30,644 bases of DNA, taken from the NCBI GenBank assembly GCA_051000455.1, contig JBPCOG010000254.1:1-30644 (forward strand), in the 5' to 3' direction. This DNA is from Lapillicoccus sp. (lineage in GTDB: Bacteria > Actinomycetota > Actinomycetes > Actinomycetales > Dermatophilaceae). Below are positions 1-6,402 of this stretch, one piece after another. The notes beneath the pieces were generated by a model. It ran no database searches, had not been told where the DNA came from, and saw nothing but the letters and a program-made list of their open reading frames with translations. The translations under genes were made by a program, and so were the position numbers. Position 1 is the stretch's first letter, and each line of letters opens with the position of its first letter.

Positions 1-475
1 AGTGGTGGCTGATCGCGCGCCCGTCCCGGATCGCGCTGTGCAGGCGGCCCCCGACCCGCGCCTGGCTGGGCGGCGCCGGCAGCGGGGCACCGAGGGCGCC
101 GAGGCCCTTCAGCGTCCGGGCGAGCGCAGCAAACGCCGCCGGAGAGGGGCGCAGTCCGTCGAGGCCCCGTGCCCGGGCGACCCGCCACAGATGGGTGAGT
201 GCCTCGTCGAGGTCGCCCTCGACGTCGAGCTCCCCGGTGACGTAGGCCTGGGCGGCGCCGAGCTCGCCCGGGTGCCACATCAGCCGTCGGAGCGCGTCCG
301 GACTGCGCACGAGCACCGCCGGGGCGCCCTCGGGACCGGCGACGGAGCCGTCCCAGGCCGTCAGGCGGACCGGCAGCTCGCCGCGCACGAGCGGGCGCAG
401 CGCCGCCTCGAGCTCCTGGGCGACGCCCGACCGGGTGGGGCTCGCGGCCCGGACACCCGGCTCGAGGCTCGTCAC
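1..475 (-). CDS. Cfa-family (cyclopropane-fatty-acyl-phospholipid synthase-like) SAM-dependent methyltransferase, N-terminal part; runs off the left edge; not in the ORF track
   Basis: Manual translation from GTG 475 (2 nt after the upstream stop at 478): MTSLEPG...ELPVRLTAWDGSVAGPEGAPAVLVRSPDALRRLMWHPGELGAAQAYVTGELDVEGDL...AISHH(Y). These are the typical actinomycete Cfa N-terminal motifs, ending at the start of the HHYD motif. Open to the window edge. Confidence 0.85.
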   Translation of the reverse strand, partial: MTSLEPGVRAASPTRSGVAQELEAALRPLVRGELPVRLTAWDGSVAGPEGAPAVLVRSPDALRRLMWHPGELGAAQAYVTGELDVEGDLDEALTHLWRVARARGLDGLRPSPAAFAALARTLKGLGALGAPLPAPPSQARVGGRLHSAIRDGRAISHH

Positions 476-477
476 GG

Positions 478-1818
478 TCAGGCCGTCGCGACGCGGGACA
501 GGACGACCTGCTGGACGTCGAGGTAGCCGGAGGAGAACCCGGCGCGGGAGTACTCGAGGTAGAAGTGCCACATCCGGGTGAAGACCTCGTCGAAGCCGAG
601 CCGGGAGATGTCCTCGCGGCGGGAGCTGAACCGCTCGTCCCACAGGCGCAGCGTCTGGGCGTAGTGCTGGCCCATGGAGAGCCGGTCGGTCACCCGCAGC
701 GAGGTGTGGCGGCGGGTGATGTCGAGGATCGCCTCGGTCGAGGGCAGGAAGCCGCCGGGGAAGATGTACTTGTGCACCCAGGTGTAGGTGCCCTTCGTCG
801 CCAGCATCCGGTCGTGCGGCATCGTGATCGCCTGGATGGCGACCGTCCCCCCGGGCGCGAGCAGGCGGTCGATCGTCTCGAAGTAGGTCCGCCAGTACTC
901 GTGCCCGACCGCCTCGATCATCTCCACCGAGACGATGGCGTCGTACTGCCCGTTGACCTTGCGGTAGTCGAGCAGGTCGACCTGCACCTGCTCGGCGTAG
1001 CCGGCGTCGGCGATCCGTTCCCGCGCGAGCGCCTGCTGCTCGACGGACAGCGTCACCGTGCGGACGGTTGCCCCGCGGGCGGCGGCCCGGATCGCGAGCT
1101 CGCCCCAGCCGGTGCCGATCTCGAGCACCCGGGTGCCGGCAGCGACGCCGGCGTCGTCGAGCAGCCGCTCGATCTTGCGTCGCTGCGCGTCGGCGAGGTC
1201 GGCCCAGATCGGCTCTGCCACAGGCCCTTCCGCAATCGTGCATCGCTCTCCGGCGAGTCCCTCGCCCGGTATGCTCGGGGTGTCGAACAGGCCGGACGAG
1301 TAGCTGAGCGTCTCGTCGAGGAACTGCTCGAACATCTCGTTGGACAGGTCGTAGTGGCGCGAGATGTTCGACCGGGTGTTGACGGTCGTGTTCTTCTCGC
1401 TACGGGGGTGGCGGGCGACATAGAGCGTGCGCAGCTTCTGCAGCGGCTCGGGCACCAAGGTCGCCATCCGCGCCGCGAAGACGCTCAGCAGGCCGGCGAG
1501 GTCCGGTGCACTCCAGTCGCCGGCCATGTAGGACTCGCCGAAGCCGATGAGGCCGCCGGAGCCCACCCGCGCGGCGAAAGCCTCCGGACGGTGCATCACC
1601 ATCACGGGTGCCTGCGGGTCGTGCGCGGCCGCCCCGAGGACGGTGCCGTCGGGCAGCTCCACGCGCACCTGCAGCCGGGCCGCGACCTGGCGGAACAGCT
1701 TGTCGGCCACCTTGCTGTGGATACGCCGGTTCAGGCCCCTCGGGTAGCGGGCCAGGTCCGGCCACCCGCTGAGGTCGATGGATGGGGAATGCTGGGAGGA
1801 GACCGAGATGGTGCTCAC
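478..1818 (-). CDS. Cfa-family SAM-dependent fatty-acyl methyltransferase (UfaA1/Rv0447c-like)
   Basis: Motifs GFGESYMAGDW, NISRHYDLSNEMF, VLEIGTGWG, DAIVSVEMIEAVG, YIFPGG, F.RMW.FYL.Y. Start moved to GTG 1818, which forms a GTGA overlap with the DUF1365 stop (446 aa). Confidence 0.9.
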   Translation of the reverse strand: MSTISVSSQHSPSIDLSGWPDLARYPRGLNRRIHSKVADKLFRQVAARLQVRVELPDGTVLGAAAHDPQAPVMVMHRPEAFAARVGSGGLIGFGESYMAGDWSAPDLAGLLSVFAARMATLVPEPLQKLRTLYVARHPRSEKNTTVNTRSNISRHYDLSNEMFEQFLDETLSYSSGLFDTPSIPGEGLAGERCTIAEGPVAEPIWADLADAQRRKIERLLDDAGVAAGTRVLEIGTGWGELAIRAAARGATVRTVTLSVEQQALARERIADAGYAEQVQVDLLDYRKVNGQYDAIVSVEMIEAVGHEYWRTYFETIDRLLAPGGTVAIQAITMPHDRMLATKGTYTWVHKYIFPGGFLPSTEAILDITRRHTSLRVTDRLSMGQHYAQTLRLWDERFSSRREDISRLGFDEVFTRMWHFYLEYSRAGFSSGYLDVQQVVLSRVATA

Positions 1819-2549
1819 TGGACTGCCTCCTGGGCGTGGTGCTTCGGTCGGGTCTGGACGGGGAGGCCGCGGGCCCACAGCCGGACGCCCTGCCAGCGGA
1901 TCCTCGTCATGACGACGAACGGCTCCAGGGGCCTGGTCAGTGCGGTGCGCAGCAGGTATGCCGTGCTCGCTGGCCTGGCCCGCCCGTGCAGGACCGCGAC
2001 GAACGGTGGCCGTCCCTCACGCCTGAGGGTCACGCTCACCCGGACCTGCTCCGCCGGTTCCGGCAGGACGAGGTCGTAGTGGCCGTCGACCTCGTTGAAG
2101 GGCGAGACGTAGAGCTGCTTGGGTACCTGCGCCCGACCCGCCGCGTCGGTGCGCACCAGGTAGGCGTGCCGTTCGCCGTAGGTGTTGTGCACCTCGAGCA
2201 CGACGCACTCGAGGCGCTGGTCCGTCGTGTAGCACCAGTAGACGGTGATGGGGTTGAAGACGTAGCCCAGAACCCTGGGGTTGGTGAGCATGAGGATCCG
2301 CCCACCGCGCAGGTCGACGTCCTCGGTCGCGAGGAACGCGTCGAGGTTCTCGCGCAGCGTCCGGTCCGGCGCGCCGAGGTGGTCGCGGGCCTCGAAGCGG
2401 GTGAGGCCGCCGAGCACCGGCCCGAGCTGCGGGAGGGCGTCGAGGTCGACCAGCCAGGAGTAGCTGCGGTAGTGGAAGTCGTTGCGCATCGGGTCGACGC
2501 GGACGTGCCTGATGTCGGTCGCGTAGATCCGGGGGGCGGTCGGCATCAT
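1815..2549 (-). CDS. DUF1365 family protein (Rv0448c / UfaO-like)
   Basis: Motifs H.R..P..N.F.Y.SY.WLVDLD, LGYVFNPITVYWC, EVHNTYGERH.Y, K.LYVSPF, RI.WQ..RLW.RG. TGATG overlap with the upstream oxidoreductase; standard position between the FAD oxidoreductase and cfa. Confidence 0.88.
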   Translation of the reverse strand: MMPTAPRIYATDIRHVRVDPMRNDFHYRSYSWLVDLDALPQLGPVLGGLTRFEARDHLGAPDRTLRENLDAFLATEDVDLRGGRILMLTNPRVLGYVFNPITVYWCYTTDQRLECVVLEVHNTYGERHAYLVRTDAAGRAQVPKQLYVSPFNEVDGHYDLVLPEPAEQVRVSVTLRREGRPPFVAVLHGRARPASTAYLLRTALTRPLEPFVVMTRIRWQGVRLWARGLPVQTRPKHHAQEAVQ

Positions 2550-3934
2550 CAGCTCGTTACCAGGTCGGGCTCGCCGGACGGGACCACGCGGTCAACTGTG
2601 ACAGCGTTCCGCGCGCTCGGCGCGTCGTGCCAGCCCACCCCGAGGTGCTCGGCTGCCCGGAGCCCGGACAGCGCGCCGTCCTCATGGAAGCCCCAGCCGT
2701 GGTAGGCGCCGGCGAACGCGAGCCGCGCGGTGTTGATCTCGGGCAGCCGGCGCTGCGCGGCCAGCGACTCGGGCGTGTAGAGGGGGTGCTCGTAGCGCAT
2801 CGTGTCGATGACGGCGTCGGGGTCGACGAGGTCCTCCCCGCCCAGGGTGACGATGAAGCGCCGGTCGGTGACCCCGGTGATCCGCTGGAGCCGGGTCATG
2901 TCGTAGCTGACGAGCACGCGTCCCGGGTCCTCCCCGCTCGGCCGACGCAGGTAGTTCCAGGAGGCACGGGCCCGTTCGTTGCGGGGCAGCACGGACTCGT
3001 CGGTGTGCAGCTGCGCGACGTTGGTGGAGTACGGCATCGCGGCGAGCACGTCGCGCTGGGCGTCGCTCGGGGCGGTGAGCATGGCCAGCGACTGGTGCGG
3101 GTGGGTGGCGATGACCACGGCGGCGAAGGTCTCGCAGCCCCCGCGGGCGTCGGTGACCTCGACGCCACCCTCGACCTCCCGCACGCCGCTGACCGGTGTG
3201 CTGAGCCGCACCTCGTGGAGCAGGGCGGCAACCCGCTCGACATACCGCGCTGACCCGCCGACGACGGTGCGCCAGGTGGGCGAGCCGAGGACGGTGAGCA
3301 TCCCGTGGTGGTCGAGGAAGGTGAACAGGTAGCGGGCCGGGTACTCGAGGGCCACAGCCGGGTCGCAGGACCACACCGCCCCGACGAGCGGGCGCATGAA
3401 GTAGGTGGTGAAGAAGGGCGAGAACCGGCCACGGCGCAGGAAGGTCTGCATGGTCTCGTCGCCGCTCGTGCTGCCGTCCGCGGCGGCCAGGACCCTGCGG
3501 GCCATGCGGTGGAAGCGCAGCACCTCGCCGAGCATCCGCAGGTATGCCGGCCTGCCCAGGTTGCGCGGCTGCGCGAAGATCCCCGCCAGACCCCTGGCAC
3601 CGGCATACTCGAGGCCGATCTCGTCGCAACGCACCGACATGCTCATGTCCGAGTCCTGCGTCTCGACGCCGAGCTCCTCGAAGAGCCGGGTCAGCGTCGG
3701 GTACGTCCGGTCGTTGTGGACGATGAAGCCGGTGTCGACGGCGACGGTGCGCCCGGCCACCGGAACGGCGTGCGTGTGCGCGTGGCCACCGGGGCGGGCG
3801 TCAGCCTCGAAGAGCGTGACGTCGCACCGGCGGGAGAGGACGTAGCCCGCGGTCAGGCCCGCCACACCACTGCCGACCACCGCGACACGGCGCCTGGCCG
3901 CGGCGCTGTTGCAGGTCGATCCGAGTGGGTGCAT
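2549..3934 (-). CDS. FAD/NAD(P)-binding amine-oxidase-family oxidoreductase (Rv0449c / UfaD-like desaturase)
   Basis: Rossmann VAVVGSGVAGL, GGHAHT, VDTGFIVHNDRTYP, HTDESVLP...RASWNY, FAGAY.GWGFHEDG. Start set at ATG 3934 after a GAAGGA RBS and downstream of the SigK-type promoter (ATG 3967 is the alternative). Confidence 0.88.
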   Translation of the reverse strand: MHPLGSTCNSAAARRRVAVVGSGVAGLTAGYVLSRRCDVTLFEADARPGGHAHTHAVPVAGRTVAVDTGFIVHNDRTYPTLTRLFEELGVETQDSDMSMSVRCDEIGLEYAGARGLAGIFAQPRNLGRPAYLRMLGEVLRFHRMARRVLAAADGSTSGDETMQTFLRRGRFSPFFTTYFMRPLVGAVWSCDPAVALEYPARYLFTFLDHHGMLTVLGSPTWRTVVGGSARYVERVAALLHEVRLSTPVSGVREVEGGVEVTDARGGCETFAAVVIATHPHQSLAMLTAPSDAQRDVLAAMPYSTNVAQLHTDESVLPRNERARASWNYLRRPSGEDPGRVLVSYDMTRLQRITGVTDRRFIVTLGGEDLVDPDAVIDTMRYEHPLYTPESLAAQRRLPEINTARLAFAGAYHGWGFHEDGALSGLRAAEHLGVGWHDAPSARNAVTVDRVVPSGEPDLVTS

Positions 3935-3972
3935 GGGTCGCGTTCCTTCGATGGGGTGGTGGCGCAAGGTGG

Positions 3973-3998
3973 TTCGACGCGCAAGGCCCCGTGGATTG
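3973..3998 (-). promoter_or_regulatory. SigK-type ECF promoter (CAATCC-N15-TCGAA) for the oxidoreductase-DUF1365-cfa-cfa operon
   Basis: Minus strand gCAATCC acggggccttgcgcg TCGAAcc. Same boxes and spacing as the sites at 6242-6268 and 7941-7968. Confidence 0.75.
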
Positions 3999-4012
3999 CT
4001 CCACGGGGCCTT
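3983..4012. terminator. Perfect 13-bp inverted repeat (AAGGCCCCGTGGA-ttgc-TCCACGGGGCCTT), probable terminator after rskA
   Basis: Read directly, 46 nt downstream of the rskA stop. No U-tract on the minus (sense) strand, which is common in actinobacteria. Confidence 0.6.
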
Positions 4013-4058
4013 TCAGGGCGTCCCTCGCCCGTCGCCGGACGGGCTGGTCGCCGGACGG

Positions 4059-4829
4059 CTAGGCGAAGCTGAACAGCGCGATCGGCTCGCTGGTCGGGTG
4101 CAGTGACCCGCCCGCGGGCTCGACCGTGATGCCGGCGGCGGTGGCTGCGGCGGCGTCGCCCTCAAGGACGACGGTCTGGTCAGACGCAGGGGGCATCAGA
4201 CCGGCTGGCTTGAAGGTGCCGCTCGGATCCCGCAGCCACGCCTCGTAGACCTTGCCCTCCGGGGGACCGGGCATCTGCTGGGTGACCAGCACCGCGCGTC
4301 CGACCGACTTCGACCGGACGACGGTCGCCGAGGCGCCGTCGGGGAAGGTCTTGGTGGCCCGCTCCGCGTCCGGCGCGTCGAGCACGCGCTGCGCGACCGT
4401 GACCTGGCCTTGGGACTGGCGGTCCCACGGATGCCAGACCGCGGCGCCGCTGATGAGCAGCACGGCCGCCGCCGCTGCAGCGACGAGCCGCGGCATGAAC
4501 CGAGACTGCGCACTGCGGGCGCGGCCCATGCTGGAGCCTTCCATCCGGCGGCGACCCGCGGTCGACTGGATTCGGGCACCGGCCTCGTCGCGAAGCTGCG
4601 GCGCGAGCGGTCGGACCGCGCTGATGTCGCGCAGCACCTGCTCGCGCAGCCGGCGTGGCGGCGTGGCGACCGCGAGCAGGGACAGCAGTTCTGCGGCCTC
4701 CCGCAGGCTCACGACCTCGGCCGCGCACTCCGGGCACAGCTGGAGGTGCTGCTCGAAGCGGGCGCCCTCCAGCTCGTCGACCGCGTCGATGGCGTAGGCG
4801 CCGGAGAGCGAGTGGATGTCGTCGTTCAT
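4059..4829 (-). CDS. rskA: Anti-sigma-K factor RskA with N-terminal zinc-binding (ZAS) motif
   Basis: Start ATG 4829 forms an ATGA overlap with the sigK stop. IHSLSGAYAIDA...EQHLQLCPEC, one TM helix (LVAAAAAAVLLISGAAVW), C-terminal RskA domain (P.GKVYEAW...AG.M...ITVEPAGGS..PT..P). Confidence 0.85.
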   Translation of the reverse strand: MNDDIHSLSGAYAIDAVDELEGARFEQHLQLCPECAAEVVSLREAAELLSLLAVATPPRRLREQVLRDISAVRPLAPQLRDEAGARIQSTAGRRRMEGSSMGRARSAQSRFMPRLVAAAAAAVLLISGAAVWHPWDRQSQGQVTVAQRVLDAPDAERATKTFPDGASATVVRSKSVGRAVLVTQQMPGPPEGKVYEAWLRDPSGTFKPAGLMPPASDQTVVLEGDAAAATAAGITVEPAGGSLHPTSEPIALFSFA

Positions 4830-5437
4830 GACTGAAGTCCCAATGTGTCGCGGAGCCGGATCAGGCCGTCCCGAATTCGTGTCTTGGCCGTTCCGACTGG
4901 AAGGTCGAGCATGGTCGCCACCTCCGTGTGGGTGTAGCCGCCGAAGAATGCGAGCTCCAGGGCGCCGCGCTGGGCTGGGGTGAGGGTGGTCAGTGCCCTG
5001 CGGACGCGCTCGGCGTCGAGTGTGGCGTGCGCGGCCTCTGCCGTTGTGTCGTAGTCCACGTCCTGGTTCGTTTCGTGGTATCCGTGGTCGCGGCGACTCG
5101 CGGCCTCGGCCGAGCGGACACGGTCGACAGCCTTGCGGTGCGCGATCGTCATCATCCAGCTGAGGGCGCTGCCCCGGCCCGGGTCGAACCGGGACGCGGT
5201 GCGCCATATCTCGAGGAACGCCTCCTGGGAGACCTCTTCGGACTGTGCGGGATCGCGGACGACCCGGAGCACCAGCCCGTAGAGCCTGGAGGAGACCTCG
5301 TCGTAGAGCCTGGCAAACGCCGGCTCGTCACCGAGGGACGCCTGCTTGAGCAGGGCGGAGAGCCGCTGGGGCAGGGCGGTCTCCTCCGGCGTGTCATCGC
5401 CGGAGGGGACCGCTCTGAGGTCAGTCATGATCAGCAT
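4826..5437 (-). CDS. sigK: ECF RNA polymerase sigma factor, SigK-type
   Basis: Region 2 (GDEPAFARLYD...SEEVSQEAFLEIWRTASRFDPGRGSALSWMMTIAHRKAVDRVRS) and region 4 (QRGALELAFFGGYTHTEVA.....GTAKTRIRDGL). Adjacent to rskA and a fasciclin gene. The start may be ATG 5428. Confidence 0.88.
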   Translation of the reverse strand: MLIMTDLRAVPSGDDTPEETALPQRLSALLKQASLGDEPAFARLYDEVSSRLYGLVLRVVRDPAQSEEVSQEAFLEIWRTASRFDPGRGSALSWMMTIAHRKAVDRVRSAEAASRRDHGYHETNQDVDYDTTAEAAHATLDAERVRRALTTLTPAQRGALELAFFGGYTHTEVATMLDLPVGTAKTRIRDGLIRLRDTLGLQS

Positions 5438-5477
5438 TGTGCTCGATCATCAGCCCGCTGTCCCAAGAGGGGCTCGA

Positions 5478-6197
5478 TCAGGGAAGCAGGACCGAGTCGA
5501 TGATGTAGACCGTGGCGTTCGCGGTGGGGACGTTGCCGCAGAGGACCTTGGCGCTGTCCTTGCCGACCGTGAAGTCCGTGCCGGAGCCCTTGACCGTGAT
5601 CGTCGTGCCGGCGAGGGTCTTGTGGTCCCCCGCGATCTGGGTCGGGGAGAGCTTGCCGGAGATGACGTGGTTGGTGAGGATCTTCGTCAGGGTCGCCTTG
5701 TCACCCATGACCTTGGTCAGGGTGTCCTTCGGGATCTTGGCGAAGGCGTCGTCGGTCGGGGCGAACACGGTGATCGCCGGAGCGGAGTTCAGGGTGTCAC
5801 CCAGTCCTGCCTGGGTCACGGCAGCGACGAGGGTCTTCAGCAGCGGGTTGTTGCTCGCTGCCGTGGCGACTGGGTCGGTCGCCATGCCGTTGAAGGATCC
5901 CTTGCCGTCCTTGGGCACGAGCGCGCAGCCCGCACCGAAGACCTGCGAGGCAACCGCCGAGCCGCCGGCCGTGCCGGACGACGTCGGGGCGGACGACGAG
6001 CTCGAGCTGGAGCTCTTGGTCGGGGCGGACGACGACGACGAGCTGGACGAGGTCGGGGCGGACGACGAGCTGGTCGCGGCAGGGGCGGCCGGGGCGGCGG
6101 GGGCCGAGCCCGAGCCGGACGAGCCGCCACAGGCGGCGAGGCCGAGGGGCACGGCGGCGGCCAGTGCGATGAGGGCGCTGTTGCGACGGGTGAACAT
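5478..6197 (-). CDS. Fasciclin (FAS1) domain lipoprotein, MPT83/MPT70-like
   Basis: ATG 6197 after AGGAG. Signal MFTRRNSALIALAAAVPLGLAAC (lipobox), Ser-rich linker, then FG.GC..VP...GSF.GMA.DPVATAASNNP.L.TLV.AV..AGL.DTLN....TVFAPTD.AF.K and VLCGNV.TANATVYIIDSVLLP. Confidence 0.92.
   Translation of the reverse strand: MFTRRNSALIALAAAVPLGLAACGGSSGSGSAPAAPAAPAATSSSSAPTSSSSSSSSAPTKSSSSSSSSAPTSSGTAGGSAVASQVFGAGCALVPKDGKGSFNGMATDPVATAASNNPLLKTLVAAVTQAGLGDTLNSAPAITVFAPTDDAFAKIPKDTLTKVMGDKATLTKILTNHVISGKLSPTQIAGDHKTLAGTTITVKGSGTDFTVGKDSAKVLCGNVPTANATVYIIDSVLLP
5983..6069. repeat. Three in-frame copies of GTCGGGGCGGACGACGA(G/C) (5983, 6019, 6052) encoding the SSSSAPT repeats of the linker
   Basis: Read directly; spacings of 36 and 33 nt keep the reading frame. 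Confidence 0.85.
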
Positions 6198-6241
6198 GTC
6201 AGAACTCCTATGAGTTGGGGTCGTGCGACTGTCGGCAGTGG

Positions 6242-6268
6242 TTCGGTGCGGGCGGCCCGGCGGATTGG
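6242..6268 (-). promoter_or_regulatory. SigK-type ECF promoter (CCAATCC-N15-CCGAA) for fasciclin-sigK-rskA
   Basis: Minus strand CCAATCC gccgggccgcccgca CCGAA, 44 nt upstream of ATG 6197. Closely matches the mycobacterial SigK consensus as I recall it (CCATCC-N15-CCGAA). Confidence 0.8.
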
Positions 6269-6316
6269 CGGGCACCGAGGCAATCGCCGCACCCTGCCCG
6301 GCGGTGGGCGGCGGGG

Positions 6317-6364
6317 ACAGCACGGAGCACCGTCGCCCCCACAGCACGGAGCACCTTCGCCCCG
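6317..6364. repeat. 24-bp tandem duplication (ACAGCACGGAGCACC[G/T]TCGCCCC[C/G])
   Basis: 6317-6340 vs 6341-6364, 22/24 identical, intergenic. Confidence 0.85.
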
Positions 6365-6402
6365 TGGGCGCAGGTGCTCGGTCCGTGCCGGGCGGTGAGG
6401 TG

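Noticed and set aside
1200-1290. About 25-aa insertion (PSIPGEGLAGERCTIAEGPVAEPIW) in the UfaA1-like protein between YSSG.F and L..AQ
   Set aside because: In frame, in a position that is variable among Cfa homologues; no sign of an intein, repeat or mobile element.
5441-5480. GCTCGATCA repeated at 5441 and 5472 between the fasciclin gene and sigK
   Set aside because: Only 9 bp, one copy overlaps the stop codon, and it does not resemble the SigK boxes; chance is plausible.
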